Notes: generated by a model not told the origin, from the sequence alone. 34,218 nucleotides of DNA from Gemmatimonadales bacterium (GCA_013813675.1 JACCRH010000346.1:1-34218); one strand, 5' to 3'; positions 16,032 through 24,450 are shown, counted from the first letter of the stretch. A program made the numbers and translations.

Positions 16032-17873
16032 ATGAACCGTTTCACGCAGAAGGTGCTGTCTGGCGGAATCGCGGCGGGCCTGTCGTTGGCCGTCGTGGCC
16101 TCCGCCAACGCCCAGGCGGCGCGCTCGGGGGCATGGACCCTGAATGCGCCCGAGGGCGAATGGCACATGACGGGCCGTGATTATGGCTTGCAGCGCTTCA
16201 GTCCGCTCAAGCAGATCACGACCTCCAACGTGGCCGAGCTGCGGCCGGTCTGGTCGTTCTCGACCGGAACGCTGCGCGGGCATGAGGGCAACGCCCTCGT
16301 CGTCGGCAACGTGAAGTACATCCACACCAGTTTCCCCAACATCGTGTACGCGCTCGACCTCGCCAAGCCTGGCGCGCCCCAGATCTGGAAGTACGTGCCG
16401 AACCAGTCGCCCGACGCGATTCCCATCGCGTGCTGCGACCTGGTGAACCGGGGCCTGGCGTATCACCCGAGCGGGAAGCTCTTCATCCAGCTTCTCCAGG
16501 GCGAGCTGCTCGCGCTCGACGCGAAGAGCGGCAAGGAGCTGTGGAAGGCGAAGCACCCGGATAAGTCCAATGCCGGCGTCGAGGCGACCGGGTATAAGCA
16601 GGGCGCCACGATGACCAACGCCCCGATCGTGATCAAGGACATCGTCATCGCCGGCATCTCCGGCGGTGAATTCGGCGTCCGCGGCCGGGTCTCGGCGTTC
16701 AACACCAACGACGGCAAGCACATGTGGACGGCGTACTCGACCGGACCGGACGCCGAAGTCATGATCCAGGGTGACGCCAACGCCAACTATCCTTCCCACA
16801 AGGGCAAGGACCTCGGCGTGTCGACCTGGCAAGGCGATGAGTGGAAGCGGGGCGGCGGCACCACCTGGGGCTGGTACTCCTACGACCCCGAGCTCAACCT
16901 CTTCTACTACAGCACCGGCAACCCGGGAAGCTGGAATCCCGATCAGCGCCCTGGCGACAACAAGTGGTCGATGACCATCTTCGCCCGCAACCCGCAGACC
17001 GGGATGGCGAAGTGGGCCTATCAGATGACGCCGCACGACGAGTGGGACTATGACGGCGTCAACGAGAACGTTCTCTTCGAGAGCGGCGGCAAGAAGCTGC
17101 TGGCGCACTTCGACCGTAACGGCTTCGGCTATACGCTCGATCGCACCAACGGCAAGCTGGTCGTGGCGCAGCCCTACGGTCCGGTCAACTGGGCCAAGCG
17201 GGTGGATCTGAAGACCGGCGTGCCGGAGAAGGATCCCCGGTACGGCACCACCGCGAAGAAGAACACCGAGGGCATCTGCCCCGCGGCGATCGGCTTCAAG
17301 GATCAGCAGCCCGCGGCGTACTCGCCGATGACCGGCTACTTCTACGTGCCGGCCAACCACATCTGCATGGACTATGAAGGTGTGGAAGTGAAGTACACCG
17401 CTGGTCAGCCCTATGTCGGCGCCATCGTGCGCATGTTCCCGGGCCCGGGTGGTCACCGCGGCCGGTTCATCGCGTGGGATCCGATGAAGGGCAAGGTCGT
17501 CTGGGAAGCCAAGGAAGGTCTGGCGGCCTACGGCGGCGCGCTCACCACCGCCGGCGGGGTGGTCTTCTACGGCACCATGGAGGGCTGGCTCAAGGCCCTC
17601 GACCAGAAGACCGGCAAAACCCTCTGGCAGTTCAAGACCCCCTCGGGGATCATCGGCAACCCGATGACCTACAACGGGCCGGATGGCCAGCAGTACGTGT
17701 CCGTCCTTTCCGGCATCGGTGGCTGGGCCGGCATCGGCGTGGCCGCGGGTATCGGCGCTGAGGATCCGACCGCCGGTCTCGGCGCGCTCGGCGCCTTCGG
17801 CGACGCGGGGAACTTCAGCAACCAGGGCGGTGTGCTCACCGTCTTCGCGCTGAAGAACCCGACCATGAAGTAA
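16032..17873 (+). CDS. xoxF: PQQ-dependent methanol/alcohol dehydrogenase, XoxF (lanthanide-dependent) type
   Basis: Internal ATG 16032 of track ORF 15738..17873 has GAGG 6 nt upstream. The signal peptide is MNRFTQKVLSGGIAAGLSLAVVASANAQA. A vicinal Cys-Cys is present (PIACCDLVNRG). W-D-Y-D-G-V-N contains the extra Asp (codon 17052-17054) that marks lanthanide-binding XoxF, where MxaF has Ala. Confidence 0.92.
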   Translation: MNRFTQKVLSGGIAAGLSLAVVASANAQAARSGAWTLNAPEGEWHMTGRDYGLQRFSPLKQITTSNVAELRPVWSFSTGTLRGHEGNALVVGNVKYIHTSFPNIVYALDLAKPGAPQIWKYVPNQSPDAIPIACCDLVNRGLAYHPSGKLFIQLLQGELLALDAKSGKELWKAKHPDKSNAGVEATGYKQGATMTNAPIVIKDIVIAGISGGEFGVRGRVSAFNTNDGKHMWTAYSTGPDAEVMIQGDANANYPSHKGKDLGVSTWQGDEWKRGGGTTWGWYSYDPELNLFYYSTGNPGSWNPDQRPGDNKWSMTIFARNPQTGMAKWAYQMTPHDEWDYDGVNENVLFESGGKKLLAHFDRNGFGYTLDRTNGKLVVAQPYGPVNWAKRVDLKTGVPEKDPRYGTTAKKNTEGICPAAIGFKDQQPAAYSPMTGYFYVPANHICMDYEGVEVKYTAGQPYVGAIVRMFPGPGGHRGRFIAWDPMKGKVVWEAKEGLAAYGGALTTAGGVVFYGTMEGWLKALDQKTGKTLWQFKTPSGIIGNPMTYNGPDGQQYVSVLSGIGGWAGIGVAAGIGAEDPTAGLGALGAFGDAGNFSNQGGVLTVFALKNPTMK

Positions 17874-17881
17874 GCTGGTCA

Positions 17882-17918
17882 CCACCAGGGTTGGAGGGAT
17901 TTCCTCCGGCCCTGGTGG
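17882..17918 (+). terminator. Strong stem-loop 9 nt after the xoxF stop (attenuator or mRNA-stabilising hairpin, no U-tract)
   Basis: CCACCAGGG (17882-17890) pairs with CCCTGGTGG (17910-17918). The helix continues through two G-U pairs into GGAGG (17893-17897) paired with CCTCC (17903-17907). Confidence 0.4.
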
Positions 17919-17977
17919 GGGTAGATTCACTGAAGTGCACGGCGCCGATCATGGGGGCGCGCAGATGCGCCCCCGCG

Positions 17978-18008
17978 GTCGGCGCCGGTCGTTGTCGGCG
18001 CCGGTCGT
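17978..18008. repeat. Tandem direct repeat of 15 nt in the xoxF-xoxJ spacer
   Basis: GTCGGCGCCGGTCGT occurs at 17978-17992 and again at 17994-18008. Each copy contains the palindrome GGCGCC. An 8-bp hairpin precedes them, GGGGGCGC (17953-17960) paired with GCGCCCCC (17967-17974). Confidence 0.7.
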
Positions 18009-18073
18009 ACACGGAGTTCGGCCTGCCGGGTCGGCTCACCCGGCGACTCCCAAGCTGGAATGGATGGCACCCT

Positions 18074-18955
18074 ATGCCTCGCTCAACCCCCGGCCGCGCG
18101 GCGCTCGCGATCCTCGCCGCCGCAGGTCTCATGGCCAATCGGGCAGCCGCCCAGCAACTTCGCACCAACCTGCCGACGCCAGGCATCCTCCGGGTCTGTG
18201 CCGACCCCGACAACATGCCGCTCTCCAACGAGAAGGGCGAAGGGTTCGAGCAGAAGATCGCGGAGCTGATCGGCAGGGAATGGAATACCAAAGTGGAATA
18301 CGCCTGGTGGCCGGTGCGGCGGGGCTTCTTCAGCCGCGCGCTCAACGGCCGGTATTGCGACGTGGCGATCGAGGCTCCCTCGGGACTCGACATGGCCGGC
18401 GTGACGAAACCCTATTTCCGCTCCGGCTATTTCTTCCTCACCCGCAAGGACAGCGGCCTCGACATCAAGTCGCTCTCCGATCCCCGGCTCAAGAAGCTCA
18501 AGATCGGCGTCAACCTGCTCCACTCCGACGCCGAGAACACCCCGCCCGCCATGGCGCTGAGCCGCCATGGCGTGATCGGCAACCTCACCGGCTACAGCAC
18601 CTTCTACACCACCGAAGACCGGCCCGAGGACATCGTCGAAGGGGTGGCAAAAAAGGAAGTGGACGTCGCCATCGTGTGGGGGCCGGTGGCCGGATACTTC
18701 GCCAAGAAGTCGACCGTTCCCCTGGTGCTCACCCCGCTCGCCGAGCGGGACTCGTTGAGCGACTTCCCCTTCCGATTCAACATCGCGATGGGTGTCCGCC
18801 GGCGCGACCGGGAGCTCCGCGACAGCCTCGACGTCCTGCTGCAGCGCAAGCAGCCGGAGATCCAGGCCATCCTGAAGGAGTACCAGGTCCCGGTGTTTCC
18901 GGTCGTCGAAGAAAGCGATGACGACGACGCGCCTCCGCCCAAGCCCACTGGCTGA
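18074..18955 (+). CDS. xoxJ: XoxJ/MxaJ-like periplasmic solute-binding protein (quinoprotein-dehydrogenase-associated)
   Basis: Internal ATG 18074 of track ORF 17891..18955 gives the signal peptide MPRSTPGRAALAILAAAGLMANRAAA. LRVCADPDNMPLSN, YFRSGYFF and VDVAIVWGPVAGYFA are typical of the MxaJ/XoxJ/PedG family. Confidence 0.8.
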   Translation: MPRSTPGRAALAILAAAGLMANRAAAQQLRTNLPTPGILRVCADPDNMPLSNEKGEGFEQKIAELIGREWNTKVEYAWWPVRRGFFSRALNGRYCDVAIEAPSGLDMAGVTKPYFRSGYFFLTRKDSGLDIKSLSDPRLKKLKIGVNLLHSDAENTPPAMALSRHGVIGNLTGYSTFYTTEDRPEDIVEGVAKKEVDVAIVWGPVAGYFAKKSTVPLVLTPLAERDSLSDFPFRFNIAMGVRRRDRELRDSLDVLLQRKQPEIQAILKEYQVPVFPVVEESDDDDAPPPKPTG

Positions 18956-19018
18956 CGCCACCCTCGATTCGGAGGCCGCCGGCCGCCTCGCAGCCGGTGG
19001 GATCTCGACCCTATATCA

Positions 19019-19480
19019 GTGAAAGGACTGGCTCACAGCATGCGCACCTCCCTCTCCGCCACGCTCCGCCGGCTGGCCGCCGGTGGTGGCATTCTTCTGG
19101 CCGCCGTGACGGTTGGCTCCCGGCTGGAGGCCCAGGAGATTCGTGACCAGTACCACCAGGCGCCGCGGGACACCGTGTCACAGGCCGTGTACGACGGCTG
19201 GAAGCAATTCAACCTGAACTGCGCGCGATGCCACGGCGAGGATGTCCTGGGCACCACGATCGCCCCCCACCTCATCGTCTCGTTGAAGCCCCAGGGGCCG
19301 ATCAACACCAAGGAGGCGTTCCTCCAGGTGGTCTGCGCCGGCCGGCCGGCGAAGGGGATGCCGGCCTGGTGCTCCCTCGGAATGGATCCCGCCATCATCG
19401 AGAAGATCTACGCCTACGTGAAGGCGCGAAGCGACGGGAAGATGTCGCCCGGCAGGCCCGCCCGAAAAGTGCAGGGCTGA
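19019..19480 (+). CDS. Periplasmic mono-haem c-type cytochrome, probable electron acceptor of XoxF (XoxG / PedF-like role)
   Basis: It has a signal-like N-terminus, one CxxCH site (CARCH) and a distal GMPAW Met. The start could be GTG 19019 or ATG 19040. Confidence 0.8.
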   Translation: MKGLAHSMRTSLSATLRRLAAGGGILLAAVTVGSRLEAQEIRDQYHQAPRDTVSQAVYDGWKQFNLNCARCHGEDVLGTTIAPHLIVSLKPQGPINTKEAFLQVVCAGRPAKGMPAWCSLGMDPAIIEKIYAYVKARSDGKMSPGRPARKVQG

Positions 19481-19530
19481 GCAGGCTGGAAAAGCCGTTC
19501 AACCGCGTGCAAGGTGAAAGTGAGGTCCCC

Positions 19531-20346
19531 GTGGGAAGTGGAATCGTCGCGAGTCTCTGGATGGCCGGACTCCTCCGCTCCATGGCCCCTGTCGTGGCCG
19601 ACACTCCCATGGTTCGCCTCGATGCCGCCCAGGTGGCTCGCCGGCTGGCCGCCGCGCCGGAAGCCACCGCGCCCGATCTGTCCGGCGTAGACCTGAGTGG
19701 GCTCGACCTCACGGATGTCGACTTCAAACGGGCCGATCTCACCGGCGCTCGCCTCGTCGGAACCCGACTGGCCGGCGCCAATCTCTTCAGTTGCGATCTC
19801 ACCGACGCGGTGGGAACCGATGCGGTGCTCACCAAGGCCAATATGGACGGCACGGTGTTGCGCCGGGCCGACTTTCACCGAGCCGATCTGGCCGGCGCCA
19901 GCCTCTTCGCCACGATCCTGGAAAAGACCAACCTGAGTGGGGCCAATCTGGCCGGCACCCGGATCATCGGCTATCTCCGGAGCGCCAACCTCTCGGGCGC
20001 CAGCCTCAGAAACTCCAACGCCGGCGCCGACCCGGGCAATCAGTCCATGGGGGTCATGCGGGCGACGTTCGTCGGCGCGGACCTGCGCGGCGCCGACCTG
20101 AGCGGCGCCAACCTCTACAAAGCCGATTTCTCCCACGCCGATCTCACGGGCGCCAAGCTGCCGCGAGCCAACCTCGAGAATGCCGAACTGGTACAGACCG
20201 ACTTCAGCCGCGCCGACCTGACGGGCGCCCGCCTGGCCAAGTCCAACATCGAGGGCGCGAGCTTTCGCGGCGCCAGAGGTTTGGCACAGACTCAGGGCCT
20301 GGATCAGGCCCGTAACCGGGACAAGGCGATCTTCGATGCCCAATGA
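19531..20346 (+). CDS. Pentapeptide-repeat protein
   Basis: This is the downstream part of track ORF 19228..20346. Its upstream part overlaps the cytochrome gene out of frame. There is a long run of A(D/N)LxG-type pentapeptides (DLSGVDLSGLDLTDVDFKRADLTGARLVGTRLAGANLFSCDLTD...). The start is uncertain: GTG 19531 preceded by GTGAGG, GTG 19507, or ATG 19561. Confidence 0.75.
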   Translation: MGSGIVASLWMAGLLRSMAPVVADTPMVRLDAAQVARRLAAAPEATAPDLSGVDLSGLDLTDVDFKRADLTGARLVGTRLAGANLFSCDLTDAVGTDAVLTKANMDGTVLRRADFHRADLAGASLFATILEKTNLSGANLAGTRIIGYLRSANLSGASLRNSNAGADPGNQSMGVMRATFVGADLRGADLSGANLYKADFSHADLTGAKLPRANLENAELVQTDFSRADLTGARLAKSNIEGASFRGARGLAQTQGLDQARNRDKAIFDAQ

Positions 20347-21433
20347 CCGCGCTCGAGCCGTTTTCCGAATCGCGCTTCCTGCATGTTTGACCCTCTCCGG
20401 CACCGCATGTAGCGGGGACGGAGCGCGATCCGGCGGCGCCGCCGATTCCGCCTCCACCGCCTCCGACACTCCCGGGGCCGAGCTCGCGTATATAACCAAT
20501 GAGGGGTCGGGCGAGCTCACCATTCTGGACACGTCGACCGACAGCGTCGTCGGCACCATCTCCGTGGGGACCCGCCCCCGCGGCATCCGGCTCAGCGAGG
20601 ACGGCCGGACCGTCTACGTGGCGCTCAGCGGGTCGCCTCGCTGCCCGCCCACGATGCCCGACGAGGAGTGTGAGAAGCTCAAGGCCGACAAGACCAAGGA
20701 CGGCATCGGCGTGATCGACGTGGCGAGCCGGAAGGTGACCAAGGTGCTCCCGGGCGGCTCCGATCCCGAGGCGTTCGACATCAGCAAGGACGGAACCCGG
20801 CTCTTCGTCTCCAACGAGGACGCGGACTCCGCCACGATCGTGGACATCGCGAGCGGCAAGATCCTGAAGACGGTCTCCGTAGGCCGGGAGCCGGAGGGCG
20901 TGGAGCTGCATCCGAGCGGCGAGACCGTCTGGGTCACCGGCGAGACCGATCACGACGTCACCGTGCTCGACACCGACAGCGGCAAGGTGATTACCAGGAT
21001 CAGCGTCGGCAATCGCCCCCGCGATCTGGCGTTCAGCAGCGACGGCGGCCGGGCCTACGTCAGCTCCGAGACCGGCGGCACCGTGTCGGTGGTCGATGCC
21101 AAGACCCGCAAGGTTGTGCGGACCTTGACGATGCCGGAAGGCTCCAAGCCGATGGGAGTGGAGCTGTCGCCCGATCAAAAGCGCCTGTACGTGGCCAACG
21201 GCCGCGGCGGGTCGGTGTCGGTGGTGGACCTGGCCACCGACTCTATCGTCGCCACGGTCGAAGTCGGTGTCCGTCCCTGGGGGATCGGGCTCACCACCGA
21301 TGGTCGTAAGCTCTACAGCGCCAATGGCCCCTCCAACGACGTGACGGTGGTGGACACCGAAACCATGAAGGTGCTGAAGAAGATTCCCGCCGGCGAGCTG
21401 CCCTGGGGAGTCGCGGTCGGCCGGGCCCCGTGA
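20336..21433 (+). CDS. YVTN-family beta-propeller protein (PQQ-dependent-catabolism-associated type), probable lipoprotein
   Basis: The N-terminus is ...LPACLTLSGTACSG. Repeated propeller blades follow (YITNEGSGELTILD, YVALSG, LFVSNEDADSATIVD, VWVTGETDHDVTVLD, AYVSSETGGTVSVVD, LYVANGRGGSVSVVD, LYSANGPSNDVTVVD). It overlaps the previous gene by 11 nt. Confidence 0.85.
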   Translation: MPNDRARAVFRIALPACLTLSGTACSGDGARSGGAADSASTASDTPGAELAYITNEGSGELTILDTSTDSVVGTISVGTRPRGIRLSEDGRTVYVALSGSPRCPPTMPDEECEKLKADKTKDGIGVIDVASRKVTKVLPGGSDPEAFDISKDGTRLFVSNEDADSATIVDIASGKILKTVSVGREPEGVELHPSGETVWVTGETDHDVTVLDTDSGKVITRISVGNRPRDLAFSSDGGRAYVSSETGGTVSVVDAKTRKVVRTLTMPEGSKPMGVELSPDQKRLYVANGRGGSVSVVDLATDSIVATVEVGVRPWGIGLTTDGRKLYSANGPSNDVTVVDTETMKVLKKIPAGELPWGVAVGRAP

Positions 21434-21912
21434 TCCGGTGGCCCGTCGTTGCACTGGCGGTTCTGGCGCTGGGCGCGACCGCCCGGGGGCCCCAAGCCTT
21501 TCGATTCGAGCCTGACGCGACCGCCGAGCTCCGGCGGCTCTGGACCGGCAGCCGCGATGCCAAGACGGAGCGGGTGGCCTGCCTGGCGGGAGAGACCCGC
21601 CGGGACACCGTGATGATCATCCGCATCCTTCCCTTGACCGGCTGGGCGGACTCACTCGGGGTCTCCGCCGCGCCATCGCTGGAAACCTGCGCCCCGCCCC
21701 GCTGGCAGGGTACGGTGCATACCCACGTGGCCCTCTACGACGGCGCGCGGCCCTACTCCCGGTTTTCGGGGGCGGACCGCGGCGTCAATGGACTCTGGTG
21801 GCGCCGGTGGCACGCCGAGGGGCTGTTCTGCGTGCTGTACTCGGCGACCGGTGCCTATTGCGAGATCGACGGCCCCCGCGGCGTCGCCATCTTCCCCCGG
21901 TCCGCCTACTGA
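21430..21912 (+). CDS. Secreted Cys-rich protein with a JAB/MPN-like E...HxH...SxxD pattern (paralog 1)
   Basis: The GTG start overlaps the beta-propeller stop (GTGA 21430-21433). The signal peptide is MIRWPVVALAVLALGATARG. It carries ERVACLAGE and GTVHTHVALYDGARPYSRFSGADR, plus four Cys conserved with paralog 2. Confidence 0.7.
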   Translation: MIRWPVVALAVLALGATARGPQAFRFEPDATAELRRLWTGSRDAKTERVACLAGETRRDTVMIIRILPLTGWADSLGVSAAPSLETCAPPRWQGTVHTHVALYDGARPYSRFSGADRGVNGLWWRRWHAEGLFCVLYSATGAYCEIDGPRGVAIFPRSAY

Positions 21913-21920
21913 GGTCCGGC

Positions 21921-22424
21921 GTGCGGCTGGCGCTGATGTGCTGGTTGGGGGTCATGGCGGCGTACCCGGCTGCCGCGGCACAGGAACCGTCCCCGCGTGC
22001 CGGCTTCCGCTTCAGCCCGGAGGCCGGGGCGACGCTCCGCTCACTGTGGCAGGAGAGTGTGGAGGCGCAGCAGGAGCGCGTGGCCTGCCTCGCCGCCGAT
22101 ATCCGCGGCGACACGGTTTTCGTGAGTCGGATCCTCCGGATCGAGCCTGACGCCGCGGATTCCATGGGCATCTCGGCCACCGCCTCGATCGAGCGCTGCG
22201 GCCCGCCGAAGTGGGACGGCACGGTGCACACCCATGTGGCCCTCTACACCGAAGACGGCCCTTCGCGCCGTTTCTCGGGCCAGGACCGCACCGTCATGCG
22301 GCTGTGGTACGGCCGCTGGCGCTCGGATGGCGTGTTCTGCATCGTTTACAGCGAGCGAAGCGCACACTGCGAGGCCGACGGCGTCGTGGGCGGTCTGCGC
22401 TCCCGACCCCGTGTCGTACGCTGA
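21921..22424 (+). CDS. Secreted Cys-rich protein with a JAB/MPN-like E...HxH...SxxD pattern (paralog 2)
   Basis: This is in-frame GTG 21921 of track ORF 21798..22424, 8 nt after the paralog 1 stop, with GAGG upstream. The signal peptide is VRLALMCWLGVMAAYPAAAAQ. It carries ERVACLAAD and GTVHTHVALYTEDGPSRRFSGQDR. It is colinear with paralog 1 at roughly half identical residues. Confidence 0.7.
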   Translation: MRLALMCWLGVMAAYPAAAAQEPSPRAGFRFSPEAGATLRSLWQESVEAQQERVACLAADIRGDTVFVSRILRIEPDAADSMGISATASIERCGPPKWDGTVHTHVALYTEDGPSRRFSGQDRTVMRLWYGRWRSDGVFCIVYSERSAHCEADGVVGGLRSRPRVVR

Positions 22425-22446
22425 CCGGTCACCTTCGGACGACTTC

Positions 22447-24450
22447 ATGCCGCTTCGATATCTGGCACTCGCCGCCACGCTTGCCGCGCCGCTCGATCCG
22501 CCCGACACCGACAACCAGCCGTTCTGGACCGGTCATCCCGATGGCGCCGGATTCGAGCGAGCAGTGGAGCAGCGGCTGTTGCGCGCCCGGCGGATGCTCG
22601 ACCGTCTGGTGGCCGTGACGAGCCAGCGCACCATCTCCAACACCCTGGCGCCCTACGACCATATGACTCGGGAGCTGGATCGCGCGGCGAGCGAGGCCGG
22701 GCTGATCCGGAATGTCCACCCGGACTCGGCGCTGCGGCAGGCGGCGGAGCGAAGCGACCAGCGGGTGGCGGCCTTCGCGACCGAGCTGTCGCTCGACCGA
22801 CGCGTCTTCGAAGCGATCGAGTCGGTGGAGCTGCAGGACGCCGACCCGGTCACCCGGCACTATGTCGGCCGACTCCTGCGGGACTTCCGGCTCGCCGGGG
22901 TGGACCGGGATTCCGCCACCCGTGCGCGGATCAAGGTGCTGCGGGACGAGCTGGTCACCATCGGCCAGGAATTCGACCGGAACGTCCGGGACGACGTCCG
23001 AAGGATCGAGCTCGCGTCCGCCGCCGAGCTCGACGGACTGCCGGCCGACTTCATCGCGTCCCACCCGGCCGGGCCCAATGGGCGCATTGGTCTCACCACC
23101 GAATACCCCGATGTGATCCCGGTGCTCACCTACGCCCGAAGCGACGACCTGCGCCGACGGCTCCGCGCCGAGTTCGACAACCGGGCATACCCGGCGAACA
23201 TGGCGGTGCTCGACCGGATGATCGCCCGACGCGACGAGCTGGCCCGTCTGCTCGGCTTTACGTCGTGGGCGGACTACGCCGTCGCCGACAAGATGGTGGG
23301 TTCCGCCGCCAAGGCGTCGGCCTTCATCGACCGGGTCGTCGCCGCCTCGAAGGACGCGGCGGAGCGCGAGTATCTGATGCTGCTCCGCCGGAAGCAGCTG
23401 GACCAGCCGGGCGCGGCGGTGATCAACCGGTGGGAGACCGCCTACCTGCGCGAGCTGGTGCGCCGCTCGGAGTACGACTTCGATTCCCAGAAGGTGCGCC
23501 CCTATTTCCCCTACGAGCGGGTCAAGCAAGGCGTCCTGGATCTCTCCGCCCGGCTCTTCAACGTCAGCTTCCGACGAATGAAGGACCCGCCGGTGTGGCA
23601 CCCTTCGGTCGAGGGCTGGGAGATGCTGGAGGGCGGCGAGCTGGTCGGTCGGTTCTATCTCGACATGCACCCGCGCCCCGGGAAGTACGGCCACGCGGCC
23701 CACTTTCGGGTCCGCACCGGCACTACCGATGGGGCGCTCCCGGAATCCGCGCTGATCTGCAATTTCCCCGGCGGCACCCCCGGCGAGCCCGGCCTGATGG
23801 ATCACGGCGACGTCGAGACCTTTCTCCACGAGTTCGGCCACCTGATGCACGCCCTGCTGGCGCGCCAGCGCTGGAGCGGGGTGAGCGGCGTCAGAACCGA
23901 ATGGGATTTCGTGGAGGCGCCGTCGCAGATGCTGGAGGAGTGGGGCTGGGACCCGGCGGTGCTGGCGGGCTTCGCCCGGCATCACCAGACCGGCGAGCCG
24001 ATTCCCGCCCAGCTGGTTCACCAGCTCAAGCGGGCCACCGAGTTCGGCCGGGCGCTCGATATGCGCACCCAGATGACCTACGCCCGGATCTCGCTGTCCC
24101 TCTACGACCGCCCGCCGGCGCAGGTCGACAGCGACTCGATCGTCTCGGCGGTGACACGCGCCTACACGCCGGTGCCGCCGATGCCGGGCACGCACATGCA
24201 GACCTCGTTCACCCACCTCAACGGCTACTCGGCGTTCTACTACACCTACATGTGGTCGCTGGTGATCGCGAAGGATCTGTTCAGCCGGTTCGACCAGTCG
24301 GATCTGCTGGCGGCGGATCCGGCCCGCCGCTATCGACGCCTGATTCTGGAGCGGGGTGGATCGGCTCCCGCGGCACGGCTGGTTGAGGATTTCCTCGGCC
24401 GGCCGTTCAGCTTTAACGCCTGGCGGAAGTGGCTGGAGACCGGGACCTGA
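22447..24450 (+). CDS. M3-family zinc metallopeptidase (thimet oligopeptidase / Dcp-like)
   Basis: Internal ATG 22447 of track ORF 22234..24450 gives MPLRYLALAATLAAP. It contains the HEFGHLMH zinc motif and the downstream EAPSQMLE. Confidence 0.9.
   Translation: MPLRYLALAATLAAPLDPPDTDNQPFWTGHPDGAGFERAVEQRLLRARRMLDRLVAVTSQRTISNTLAPYDHMTRELDRAASEAGLIRNVHPDSALRQAAERSDQRVAAFATELSLDRRVFEAIESVELQDADPVTRHYVGRLLRDFRLAGVDRDSATRARIKVLRDELVTIGQEFDRNVRDDVRRIELASAAELDGLPADFIASHPAGPNGRIGLTTEYPDVIPVLTYARSDDLRRRLRAEFDNRAYPANMAVLDRMIARRDELARLLGFTSWADYAVADKMVGSAAKASAFIDRVVAASKDAAEREYLMLLRRKQLDQPGAAVINRWETAYLRELVRRSEYDFDSQKVRPYFPYERVKQGVLDLSARLFNVSFRRMKDPPVWHPSVEGWEMLEGGELVGRFYLDMHPRPGKYGHAAHFRVRTGTTDGALPESALICNFPGGTPGEPGLMDHGDVETFLHEFGHLMHALLARQRWSGVSGVRTEWDFVEAPSQMLEEWGWDPAVLAGFARHHQTGEPIPAQLVHQLKRATEFGRALDMRTQMTYARISLSLYDRPPAQVDSDSIVSAVTRAYTPVPPMPGTHMQTSFTHLNGYSAFYYTYMWSLVIAKDLFSRFDQSDLLAADPARRYRRLILERGGSAPAARLVEDFLGRPFSFNAWRKWLETGT

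Noticed and set aside
15337-16180. Track ORFs 15337..15795, 15560..16180 (+) and 15453..15758, 15539..16168, 15733..16011 (-) in the mptG-xoxF gap
   Set aside because: All translations are low-complexity Arg/Pro/Gly/Ser strings without motifs, and they mutually overlap. I treat the region as non-coding.
16026-17930. 634-aa minus-strand ORF antisense to xoxF. Similar cases are 10000..11502 (-), 20204..21454 (-), 22429..24216 (-), 25218..27182 (+) and 31793..33955 (-)
   Set aside because: Each lies fully antisense to a CDS with strong family motifs and has biased Arg/Gly/Pro/Val composition. These are shadow ORFs.
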